Source of the DNA: Phycisphaerae bacterium
GTDB taxonomy: Bacteria > Planctomycetota > Phycisphaerae > UBA1845 > PWPN01
DNA: 64,000 nucleotides
Assembly: GCA_018003015.1 (NCBI GenBank)
Contig: JAGNEZ010000032.1
Span: 5,388 to 69,387, forward strand
Direction of reading: 5' to 3'
Position 1 is the stretch's first letter, and every line of letters starts with the position of its first letter. The notes beneath the pieces are model-generated. The model saw only the letters and a program-made list of their open reading frames with translations. It made no database searches and was not told the DNA's origin. Both the position numbers and the translations under genes were made by a program. This document shows positions 46,484-57,404 of this stretch, piece by piece.

Positions 46484-48223
46484 CTATCGTGCAGCTCCGA
46501 ACAAGTGAAACTCCCAGATCGTCGGCCCGTCGGTCGCTTCGGTGATGTTCAGACGCACGCGTTGAGCGGTCACCGGATCAAAGCTCACCGCCAGTTGCGC
46601 CCCCAGGTTCTCCCCTTGGTAGCACGGCCTCCATTGGTCATCCTGGAAGTACTCGATAGCGAACTTGCGAACGCGCTTGAGTTCCGGAAACGCCTGCTTG
46701 ATCACGGCACGGCCGATGGTCGCCGGTTTGCCGAGATCAACTTCCAGCCACGCGAACCTAACGCCTCCGTCCGTCGCCCAGCGGGTATCGTTACGGCCGT
46801 CCACGGCCCTGTCCGCGCCGTACTCAGCTTGGTTCTGGTACACGTTCGAAGCCGTGGCCTTGGCGTTCGTGGTCAACGACTTCGGTGCGGGGACTTCGAT
46901 CGCCGGGATGGCCAGCGATGAACGGTCCAGTTCCAGAGCCACGATCGTGTCCAGTGCCTGACGGTCGCCTTGAGGCACCGAGATATCCAGGCCGGTGGCC
47001 GTCTGATGGACCACGGCCTTCCCGCCGGTCAGTGCCTCACTCTTGACCACCTTGGCCGGGATGGCCGGCAGCTTGACCGCGTCCTCGGTCCAATCGCGGA
47101 TGTGGAGGTAAATGGTGTTCCCCTTGCGCGTCGAAACGCCGTAGTCCCCCGGCTTGAATGGCCCGCCGCGCGTGCCGTAGATGCTCTGGCCGTACTCGGC
47201 CAGCCACACCCCCATCTCCTTGATCCGATTGGCCTGATCGGGTGCGATCTCTCCGCTGGGCATCGGTCCGACGTTCAGCAGGATATTGCCGTCGCCACCA
47301 GCCCCGCGAATCAGCATATCCATGCAGGCTTCGTATGGCTTGACCCCATCCTCCGGCCCGCCCCAGGACCACTGGTCTCTCGACGAGAGCGTCATGCACG
47401 ATTCCCACGGGCGGCGGACGTCGAAACCGCCGATGATCTGCTCGGGCGTGTAGTAGTCCGCCTCCGAACCGATGTAGCGCCAGTCGCTGTGCCCGATTGG
47501 CTCCGGACCGAGATCCAGCCGGTTGTTGATGACGATCTTGGGCTGCAGCGACTTCACCAGCCTGTAGGTCTCAGCCTGGTCGTAGAGCGGCTCGCGGGAA
47601 TCCCAATCGAACCAGAGCAGATCGATGGTGCCGTAGTTGCTGAGCAGTTCGCGCAGCTCGGCCTTCATTCGTTCGAGAAACACCTTGTTCCGTTGGGTGC
47701 GGAAATCCGGATCGCGCCAGTCCATCGGCGAGAAGTACCAGCCTAGGCGCATGCCCTGTTCGTGGGCCGCCCTGGCAAGTTCGGCGCAAACGTCACGCTT
47801 GAACGGCGTGTTCATGATGTTGTAGTCCGACGCCTTCGAGTCCCAGAGCAGGAATCCGTCACAGTGCTTGGCGGTGAGCACCATGTACTTCATGCCGGCC
47901 GCCTTGGCGAGACTCACCCACCGGGCGGCGTCGAACTTCGTCGGGTTGAACTGCTTGAACAGATTGTCGTACACCTCGACGGGAATCGGTCCTCGGTTGG
48001 GGCACTTGGGATTGGAGTTGGCCCGCGACCAGCTGATCTCGGTGCCCTTGAGGCTGACCGGTCCCCAGTGGATAAACATGCCGAAGCGCGCCTCCCCCCA
48101 CCACTTCATCCGCTCGGGATACGGTCTCGGCATGTCGGGCGGCGCTGCCTGCGGAGTCTCGGCGGCGTGCAAGACCGGGGTAGTCAGTAACAGGGTGACG
48201 ATCAGATGTCGAATGTGATTCAT
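46484..48223 (-). CDS. Glycoside hydrolase family 29 alpha-L-fucosidase with C-terminal F5/8 type C (discoidin) domain
   Basis: Signal peptide MNHIRHLIVTLLLTTPVLHA, with GGAAGGA 8 nt upstream. GH29 hallmark WWGEARFGMFIHWGPVS. C-terminal DRAVDGRNDTRWATD discoidin-type motif. Confidence 0.92.
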   Translation of the reverse strand: MNHIRHLIVTLLLTTPVLHAAETPQAAPPDMPRPYPERMKWWGEARFGMFIHWGPVSLKGTEISWSRANSNPKCPNRGPIPVEVYDNLFKQFNPTKFDAARWVSLAKAAGMKYMVLTAKHCDGFLLWDSKASDYNIMNTPFKRDVCAELARAAHEQGMRLGWYFSPMDWRDPDFRTQRNKVFLERMKAELRELLSNYGTIDLLWFDWDSREPLYDQAETYRLVKSLQPKIVINNRLDLGPEPIGHSDWRYIGSEADYYTPEQIIGGFDVRRPWESCMTLSSRDQWSWGGPEDGVKPYEACMDMLIRGAGGDGNILLNVGPMPSGEIAPDQANRIKEMGVWLAEYGQSIYGTRGGPFKPGDYGVSTRKGNTIYLHIRDWTEDAVKLPAIPAKVVKSEALTGGKAVVHQTATGLDISVPQGDRQALDTIVALELDRSSLAIPAIEVPAPKSLTTNAKATASNVYQNQAEYGADRAVDGRNDTRWATDGGVRFAWLEVDLGKPATIGRAVIKQAFPELKRVRKFAIEYFQDDQWRPCYQGENLGAQLAVSFDPVTAQRVRLNITEATDGPTIWEFHLFGAAR

Positions 48224-48640
48224 GGTCAGGATCCTTCCATCTGACGTGACAGGTTGTCTCCTTCTGGACGGCACAGGCCGAGCCGACGACCTGGCCGTCG
48301 TCGACCGCTCTGAAAAACCGCTGAACGCCGAACCGGCCGCGCAGCTCGTCGAGCCGGCCTATTCACCCCCGTCACGAGCGGCATGCTGTGGCCGGGGAAC
48401 GTGATTGTACCGCCGGCGGATGTCACTGTCGCGATACCCGCGCGGCATCGCTGACCAGCTGGATTGTCAGACGCGCGTCTGTAGCCTTCGAGCCGTCGGC
48501 CAACTGGATGTCACAGGTGGTTGAAGTCGCATGGACGTCAGCGATCAGCAACGCTGGACGGCCGGTGGAGTCCTGACCGGCGAGCACGTCGATGGTCAGG
48601 CCGTCGGTCCCGGTGATCGCGGTCATCTGCTCGGTGTCAC

Positions 48641-48672
48641 GACGTTTCGACGTTCTGACGTTTTGGCGTCTG
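48641..48672 (+). repeat. Tandem 8-nt repeat (GACGTTTC GACGTTCT GACGTTTT GGCGTCTG) in the LOG-gene upstream region
   Basis: Read directly from the sequence. There are three perfect GACGTT cores at an exact 8-nt period plus a degenerate fourth unit, 63-94 nt upstream of the ATG at 48735. Confidence 0.6.
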
Positions 48673-48734
48673 TTTTCCGTCCCTCCCCGTTCGTGTACAC
48701 TACCCGCTTGGTTTCGTAGCATGGGGAGTACATC

Positions 48735-49469
48735 ATGACGCAGCCGAAGGGCAATCAGCACAAGGAACCGGCCGGTTTACACCCGGTGCCGGCACCGGAG
48801 GAGACCTGGCGGGTTTTCCGGATCATGGCCGAGTTCGTCGAGGGTTTCGAGCTCATGAGCCAGATCGGGCCGGCGGTCACAGTCTACGGGTCGGCTCGGC
48901 TGACACCGGTGAGCGACATCTACGAGCAGGCGGTCGTCCTTGGCCGCAAGCTGGTTCGAGCCGGTTTCGCGGTGATCACCGGCGGCGGACCTGGGATCAT
49001 GGAGGCCGCGAACCGGGGAGCCTTCGAGGCTGGCGGGATCAGCGTTGGGCTTAATATCCAGATCCCCACCGAGCAGCAGCCCAACCCGTACGTCACCCAC
49101 GGCCTGTCGTTCGACTACTTCTTCGCCCGCAAGGTCATGTTCGTGAAATACGCCGTTGCCCTGGCGTGCTTCCCGGGCGGCTTCGGGACAATGGACGAGC
49201 TGTTCGAGATCCTCACCTTGTTGCAGACCCACAAAACCAAACCCTCGCCGGTTGTGCTGATTGGAGCCAGGTTCTGGAGTCCCCTGGTCGACTGGATGCG
49301 GAAGACGCTGATTGAGGAATACGGGACAGTCAGCCAATCGGACGTGGACTTGTTCATGCTGACCGACGACCTGGATGCGGCCGTCGAGCACATCCGGACC
49401 AAGGCCGCCGAGGCCGGCCCGTTGTGGGTCAATCCGCCCAGCGGCACGGGTGGCTTCGTGAAGCGCTAG
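48735..49469 (+). CDS. LOG-family (TIGR00730-type) nucleotide 5'-monophosphate nucleosidase / cytokinin riboside 5'-monophosphate phosphoribohydrolase-like protein
   Basis: VTVYGSARL, ITGGGPGIMEAANRGA, PGGFGTMDELFE motifs. GGGGAG lies 6 nt upstream of the ATG. Confidence 0.92.
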   Translation: MTQPKGNQHKEPAGLHPVPAPEETWRVFRIMAEFVEGFELMSQIGPAVTVYGSARLTPVSDIYEQAVVLGRKLVRAGFAVITGGGPGIMEAANRGAFEAGGISVGLNIQIPTEQQPNPYVTHGLSFDYFFARKVMFVKYAVALACFPGGFGTMDELFEILTLLQTHKTKPSPVVLIGARFWSPLVDWMRKTLIEEYGTVSQSDVDLFMLTDDLDAAVEHIRTKAAEAGPLWVNPPSGTGGFVKR

Positions 49470-49488
49470 GACGGACCCGTGATGAGCC

Positions 49489-51033
49489 ATGCGTGATGAG
49501 CGTCTGATACGCGGGAGACGGACGGGCGGGCGGTGGCGCGATTCCTCGCAGATTGGGCACCGCTGCGAGCGGCTCACCCCTGTTGGCCTTCTCGGAACAA
49601 CGCCACTTTCAGTGCAGACGGCGACCGCAGTTCTCGCGGTGCTTGGGCTGGTACTGCCGGCTATCCAAGCCCAAGCCCAACCCGCCGCGGCCGACCCGGT
49701 TCAGGTTGAGGCCCTGGAGCAGACGTTGGTCGCGGTGGCGGAGACTTTACGGCCGTCGGTGGTGGCGATTCGAGCCAATCGACCGATGGACGGCAGTGAA
49801 ACGCAGGAAGCCCCTGAACCGCCCCCGAACGGTGGAGTGCGTCCAGGTTCCAGCCGGCGGGGACGACCGGAGGAGCGGCGATACCCGTCTGTCGGCAGCG
49901 GGGTGATCATCAGTCCGGACGGCCAGATCCTGACCAACGAGCACGTCGTGGCCGGAGCCCAGCCGGACGATATCACCTGCATTCTGTCCAGCGGAGAGAG
50001 CTACCGCGTGCAGGAGGTCTACGCCGACCCGCGAAGTGATTTGGCGGTGATGACGATCGGGGCCAAGGGCCTCAAGCCGGCCGTTCTGGGCAACCTGGAG
50101 ACCGTCAGGCAGGGCCAGTTCGCGATCGTGATGGGCAACCCTTTCGGGTCCGCCCTGGAGAGCCGCGGCCGGCCGGCGATGTCGTTCGGCGTGATCAGCG
50201 CCCTGGGCCGGGGCCTAAACCAGCAGCTCGATCCCCTGATGACCCAGCGCTACTACGGCAACCTGATCCAGACGGACGCCCGCATCAACCCTGGCAACAG
50301 CGGCGGCCCGCTCCTGAACCTGAAAGGCGAGGTCATCGGCATCAATACGGCCATTTCTTCCCGCTCAGGCGGAAGCGAGGGAATGGGTTATGCGATTCCA
50401 ATGAGTGCCCGAACCAAGGAGATCATTGCCGCCCTGGCCCGGGGCGAGGAGGTCGAGTACGGATTTCTCGGCGTCGGGCTGCGGTCCATTCGCGACGAGG
50501 AGCCGCAAGGCAGTGACGGCCCGACGGGAGCGGTGGTCGACTCGATCGAGCGGCAAGCCCCGGCGGCCGCAGCTGATCTGAAGGTCGGCGACATCATCGT
50601 CACAGTGGACGGGCATGCGGTCCGGGATGCCGATGAGGCCATCGCGTTGATCGGCGGAGCACGGGTGGGCGTGCCGATGCAGCTGATCTTCCGCCGAGGT
50701 TCGCGACGTCTGACCGCCCAGGTCGTGCCCGCCCGGCGGAAAGTGGCTTCGCCGGCCGCATTCAGCTGGCGAGGGATGAGACTGGCCTACCCGGATTGGG
50801 AGGTCTGCCGATCGTACAAACTGCCGGCCGACGTTCGCGGCGCGGTGATCACCGAGGTGGAACCGGGCGGCCCGGCAGCCCGCGCCGGTCTGCATGTCGG
50901 CCAAGTCATCGACCGAATTGGTGAGGCACGGATCCAGGGCGTTCGCTATCTACCCACCATCACGGCCAAGCTATCGGGACCGGTGAAAATCGCGCTGGTC
51001 GGCGATCCACCGACCGAAGTAACCTTACCATAG
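49489..51033 (+). CDS. HtrA/DegP-family periplasmic serine endoprotease with two PDZ domains
   Basis: Catalytic triad context: ILTNEHVV (His), DLAVM (Asp), GNSGGPLLN (Ser). Two PDZ-like regions follow. The signal-like hydrophobic segment begins about 45 aa from the first Met, so the true start is uncertain. Confidence 0.9.
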   Translation: MRDERLIRGRRTGGRWRDSSQIGHRCERLTPVGLLGTTPLSVQTATAVLAVLGLVLPAIQAQAQPAAADPVQVEALEQTLVAVAETLRPSVVAIRANRPMDGSETQEAPEPPPNGGVRPGSSRRGRPEERRYPSVGSGVIISPDGQILTNEHVVAGAQPDDITCILSSGESYRVQEVYADPRSDLAVMTIGAKGLKPAVLGNLETVRQGQFAIVMGNPFGSALESRGRPAMSFGVISALGRGLNQQLDPLMTQRYYGNLIQTDARINPGNSGGPLLNLKGEVIGINTAISSRSGGSEGMGYAIPMSARTKEIIAALARGEEVEYGFLGVGLRSIRDEEPQGSDGPTGAVVDSIERQAPAAAADLKVGDIIVTVDGHAVRDADEAIALIGGARVGVPMQLIFRRGSRRLTAQVVPARRKVASPAAFSWRGMRLAYPDWEVCRSYKLPADVRGAVITEVEPGGPAARAGLHVGQVIDRIGEARIQGVRYLPTITAKLSGPVKIALVGDPPTEVTLP

Positions 51034-51076
51034 AGGTTTTCCACGACGAGTTGTCGCGGCAGAATCTGACTCGAAG

Positions 51077-51862
51077 TCAGGCGACCAGTTCCTCGTCCAG
51101 TCGGTCCTTGAAGCGGTTGCGGAGGCGGGCGATGACGTCCTTATGGATCTGGCTGACGCGTGATTCGGAGAGATCGAGCACCACGCCGATCTCGGCCATG
51201 GTGAGGTCTTCGTAGTAGTACAACACCAGAACGAGCCGCTCCTCGGTGCTCAATCCGCGGGTGACGAACTCGGTCAGCATGGTTCGGGCGAGCTTGGCGG
51301 ACGGATCGGTCTGGTCGGTGTCGCCGACATCCCACGATCGTTCGCTGGCCCGGCTGCGTCCGCTGGAGTCGCGAGGATCCATGGCCGAGAAATGCACCTC
51401 GCGACCGAGTTGGGAAATGCGGGCCAGCTGATCATAGCGGTCCTGGGACATGCCCATGCGCTTGGCGACTTCGTCGTGCATCGGCGGACGACCCAGTTCG
51501 GCGTCGAGCAACTCGCGCACGCCCATCCGCCGCTTCTCGAAAGTGCGCACGGTTCTTGACTGGGGATCCAGGCTGCGCAGCCAATCCATGACCGCGCCAA
51601 TGATCCGCTGCTGGCAGAAAGTCTCGAACTTGGCTTTGCGCTTGGGATTGTATCCCTCGACCGCCTCGATCAGCCCATCGTACCCGGCGCTGCAGATCTC
51701 GTCGTAGCTGATCTGGGCGGGCAGCTTGCGGGACAAGCGGGCCGCCTGAATGTGGACCAGCGGGGCGTACTGCTCCACCAGAGCGTTGCGGTACTTCTCA
51801 GAACGGGTTTTAAGATACCTCTTCCACAGTGCCTCGACCGAGTCTTTTGTCGTCGCGGTCAT
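51077..51862 (-). CDS. fliA: FliA/WhiG-family (sigma-28) RNA polymerase sigma factor
   Basis: Region 2 (YDGLIEAVEGYNPKRKAKFETFCQQRIIGAVMDWLR). Region 4.2 HTH (LTMAEIGVVLDLSESRVSQIHKDVIARLR). GGAGG lies 6 nt upstream of the ATG. Confidence 0.9.
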   Translation of the reverse strand: MTATTKDSVEALWKRYLKTRSEKYRNALVEQYAPLVHIQAARLSRKLPAQISYDEICSAGYDGLIEAVEGYNPKRKAKFETFCQQRIIGAVMDWLRSLDPQSRTVRTFEKRRMGVRELLDAELGRPPMHDEVAKRMGMSQDRYDQLARISQLGREVHFSAMDPRDSSGRSRASERSWDVGDTDQTDPSAKLARTMLTEFVTRGLSTEERLVLVLYYYEDLTMAEIGVVLDLSESRVSQIHKDVIARLRNRFKDRLDEELVA

Positions 51863-52016
51863 GGGATCCTCCGTGTAGCCATGCCTTCAGACCTGGGATG
51901 TCGCGATTGTCACCCGGCGAGGAAGTGAAACGCCTCCGTGCCGGATTGGTGAAGCTCATCCTTGAGTTCACAGCTGTCGCCGCCGGCTATGAGCCGACCA
52001 GCTTCCACTATGTACC

Positions 52017-52045
52017 TATATAAACCCAACAGCCGATAAGATCAA
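52017..52045 (-). promoter_or_regulatory. Candidate promoter for fliA (-35 TTGATC, 17-nt spacer, -10 TATATA on the minus strand) with upstream A/T tracts
   Basis: Minus-strand hexamers correspond to + coordinates 52040-52045 and 52017-52022, each 4/6 to consensus, exactly 17 nt apart. A T/A-rich UP-like stretch sits immediately upstream. About 150 nt from the fliA ATG. Confidence 0.35.
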
Positions 52046-52274
52046 ATCAAAAAATCGTCCTCGCCGACGCTTTTTTCCCATTTCCTCATTCGTTGATCGA
52101 ATAACGGGACTTGAGCAATCTTTTTCAGGCTTTTTCCACCGTCTATCCACCAATTTGTCGGTGGGTAACCACCCGAACAAGCCTTGCTTTGGTGACGAGA
52201 TATCGCCAGTCGGCCCGGGCGTACTCTCCGATGCGAGGCTTATTGGCCGTGGCGGGCACGGCGCGGCGGCTGGC

Positions 52275-53555
52275 TCAGGTCAGGATCTGGATGATATTCA
52301 CGATCATGGACAGCCCCAGAAGGGCGGCCAGAATGAAGACCCAGACCAGGGGGACCACCGGGGTGGAGGGTGTTTCTTCCTTGGGGGCTTCCTCTTTGTG
52401 GACTGGGGTACTGCTCTCCGCCAGGCCCTGGAGGATGTTGTCGTCGAGCTGTCGTCGAGCCAGGAGCGGAGGTTCGCCACGCTGGATGGCCTCGAGATCC
52501 TTGATGAGATCGCCCATGTTGGGGTAGCGATGTTCGGGTTTCTTGGCCATCATCCGCTCGATCACCTCGCCGACACCGGTGGAGAGCGTGGGCCGCACAT
52601 GGTCCGGCGGTATGAGCGGTTCAACCAGGTGCTTGTGCATGACCGCGGCGGGCGTCGGGCCATCGAAGGGCACCTTGCCGGTGACCATATGGTAGAAGGT
52701 GGCTCCGAGGGAGTACATGTCCGCCCGGACGTCGATGTGGACTTCGCCGCGGATCTGTTCCGGGCTGATGTAGTAGGGGGTCCCGTAGGCTCGGCCGGCC
52801 TCCGCCATGGCCGCCTTGATGTCGGAAGTTCGTCGGGCCAACCCGAGGTCGGCAAGTTTGGCTACACCGTCCTCGGTGAGCATGATGTTCTTGGGCTTCA
52901 CATCGCGGTGAATGAAGCCTCGGGCCGCAGCATGCTCCAGTGCCCGGGCAATCTGAATGACGATCTTCAGGGCTTCCTGCTCAGAATAGGTTCTGTTGGC
53001 CGCCAAGTCGTCGTAGACCGTCTTCCCCTGAATATACTCCATGACGAAGTAGTGGTAGCCAGAAGCTTCACCGACGTCGATGGCCTGCACGATGTTGTTG
53101 TGGTTGAGCTGGGCGGCAGCTTTGCCCTCTTCCTGAAAGCGCTTGACGAACTCCTGGTTTTCGCTGGCCTTCTTGGGCAGGATCTTCACCGCCACGGTCC
53201 GGTCCAGGCTGATCTGGTGGGCCTTGTAGACCTTGGCCATCGCCCCTTCGCCTATCTTCTGCAGCCGATCGTAACCGGGAATGCGCAGCGTTTTGGTGGC
53301 GATCGAATCGGTTGAGTCACCACCCAGCCGCTGGAGCTGGGAGCGGGTGATATAACCTGAATGAATGAGCACCTCGGAGAGACTCAGCGTCTTGCCCTGA
53401 GAAGCGAGACTCTGCTGCTCCGCGATGCAGGTATTCAGCTCGTCGGGCGTAATGAGTTTCTGCTCAACCGCCAAGCGGCCTATCTGGCTCTCACCTTTTA
53501 ACGCATCTGCCATGCAGATCCGCTCCGCTCGATTGGTGTCCCCAAGTACGCTCAC
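52275..53555 (-). CDS. Ser/Thr protein kinase with N-terminal MshEN/T2SSE_N-like module and C-terminal membrane anchor
   Basis: Hanks kinase motifs GEGAMAKVY...VAVKIL, HRDVKPKNIML, DLGLAR, GTPYYISPEQ. N-terminal QIGRLAVEQKLITPDELNTCIAEQ and SLSEVLIHSGYITRSQLQRL repeats. C-terminal TM PLVWVFILAALLGLSMIVNII. GTG start at 53555, with an alternative ATG at 53513. Confidence 0.92.
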   Translation of the reverse strand: MSVLGDTNRAERICMADALKGESQIGRLAVEQKLITPDELNTCIAEQQSLASQGKTLSLSEVLIHSGYITRSQLQRLGGDSTDSIATKTLRIPGYDRLQKIGEGAMAKVYKAHQISLDRTVAVKILPKKASENQEFVKRFQEEGKAAAQLNHNNIVQAIDVGEASGYHYFVMEYIQGKTVYDDLAANRTYSEQEALKIVIQIARALEHAAARGFIHRDVKPKNIMLTEDGVAKLADLGLARRTSDIKAAMAEAGRAYGTPYYISPEQIRGEVHIDVRADMYSLGATFYHMVTGKVPFDGPTPAAVMHKHLVEPLIPPDHVRPTLSTGVGEVIERMMAKKPEHRYPNMGDLIKDLEAIQRGEPPLLARRQLDDNILQGLAESSTPVHKEEAPKEETPSTPVVPLVWVFILAALLGLSMIVNIIQILT

Positions 53556-53593
53556 GCGTAGTTCGTCGCAGAGATGCTCAACGAATCGAACTC

Positions 53594-53622
53594 AACATAC
53601 GCGTAATCCGTTTGTTATTCAA
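53594..53622 (-). promoter_or_regulatory. Candidate promoter for the kinase gene (-35 TTGAAT, 17-nt spacer, -10 TATGTT on the minus strand)
   Basis: Read on the minus strand in a locally AT-richer 100-nt spacer between the MnmE-like gene and the kinase gene. Each hexamer is 4/6 to consensus. Confidence 0.3.
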
Positions 53623-54891
53623 CACTTGGGGCGGCGATATCGTCACCCGATGTCGGATTATATTCCGCTACGGGGGCATCTTTCCTGGGGATCTTGACCC
53701 CATCTGACGATTTTCAGCCAACGACATGCCTCGGCCCTGTCGGGACGTCCCGCGTTCAAGGCCGATAAGGCTGCCTCGACGGCCTCGGCTTGCCGCAATG
53801 TGAAGGGGACGCCGACGGCTCGTCGCCAGTCGGCGAGGCCGGTGGCACCCAGGAGCGCCATCCGTAGCCGTTCGAACCCATCCCCTGTTCGCGCCGAAAC
53901 CGATACCCCTCTGGTCGACCAGCTTCCAATGCGCTCCGCCTGGCCCGGATCAGTGGGCAGATCGTTCTTGTTCCAGACAACCAGCGTCGGCTGCGTGGAT
54001 GTGAATTCCTGGGTGACGTGGCTCGCATCATTCGCAGGCTGAAGGTCTTCCGGCCAAGGTGGTGAGGACTGGTCGATCACCTGCAGGACAACGTCGGCTG
54101 TAACCGCCTGCCGGCGGGTTCGCCGGATGGCCTCGGCCTCGATCGGATCGGCGGTGTCCCTGACGCCGGCCGTATCCACGAATGTGAACGGCACGCCTTC
54201 AATGGAGGCGGGGTGCTCGAGCCAATCGCGGGTCGTACCCGGCAGATCGCTGACGATGGCACTATGTCGTCCGGCGAGTTGGTTGGCCAGTGTCGACTTG
54301 CCGGAGTTGGGTGGCCCGACGAGGACGACCCGGACACCGGTCAGAGCCCGCCGGACGGTAGGCGAGGCGGCCAGCCACTCTCCGAGCTGTTTCCGGACAG
54401 AATCCAGTCGATCAGCTCGGGTGTCGACCATGAGCCGGTCGAGTTCGTTCGGCAGGGCTTCCATCGTCGCCGCCAGCCAGAGGGCGAGGGTCCGGGTCTT
54501 CGCCTGCAGGATGGCCTCCAGGGCTTCGCGACGCAGCAGCTCGTTCGCCGCCCAGGTTGAACCGAGCAGCTCGACCGCGGGGACGATGCAGGCACCGGCC
54601 GCCTTGAGCAGCAACAGCGCTCGCTGCACGATTCGCGGGCCGCCATGCAGGCTGAGATCGATGACCAGCTGGCCGGCGGGATTGCGGCGGACGGCCACGA
54701 CCGCATCGTCGATGACCTCGTCGCCGTCCACCAGGCGGCACAGTCGCAGCTCATCCGATGCCGGCGTATCGAACTCGATGGGACGGGACGTTCTGAACAA
54801 CGGGCGCAGCCATCGGCTGTCGCGGGTCAGGATCTGAATGACCGCGATACCTCCGACCGTAGGCGGGGTAAGGCACGCGGCGAGGGCTGGA

Positions 54892-56984
<2,093 letters not shown>

Positions 56985-57111
56985 CTACGCCGAAATGCCA
57001 CAAGACAACCAGAGCCCCAAGCGCGAGCACCGGGTGCGATGCCGCCCCTTGAGCGGCATTCCCGTCGCTTGCGCTCCGGGCTCTGGTGGGGGCCGGGACC
57101 GATCCCGGGCG

Positions 57112-57351
57112 CTAGTTCGGTTGGATGTCGACCTTGCTGCCGTTGAACACCACGGTTCCTTCAACCAGGGCGAACAAGGTGTCATCTCGGCCGCGGCCGA
57201 CGAATCGTCCGGGCTTGAACGGCGTTCCGCACTGCCGGACGATGATCGCGCCAGCCTTGGCGAATTCTCCGCCGAAGAGCTTGACGCCAAGGCGCTGGGC
57301 ATTGCTGTCGCGCCCGTTGCGTGATGAGCCTTGACCTTTCTTATGAGCCAT
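57112..57351 (-). CDS. rpmA: 50S ribosomal protein L27
   Basis: [29 protein letters not shown]...IIVRQCGT is a canonical L27 sequence. GGAG lies 7 nt upstream. Confidence 0.97.
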   Translation of the reverse strand: MAHKKGQGSSRNGRDSNAQRLGVKLFGGEFAKAGAIIVRQCGTPFKPGRFVGRGRDDTLFALVEGTVVFNGSKVDIQPN

Positions 57352-57404
57352 AGAGTCACTCCGTCCTTATCTTCTATCGCCGTCTTTCTATCGTATTCGC
57401 TCGG

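Noticed and set aside
48423-48761. A 112-aa minus-strand ORF (or a 67-aa version starting at the ATG at 48626) in the GH29/LOG divergent spacer.
   Set aside because: The 67-aa version has fairly normal composition, but it has no SD, no recognisable family, and overlaps the LOG promoter/SD region at its long start. The evidence is insufficient to call a gene. It would need conservation or Ribo-seq support.
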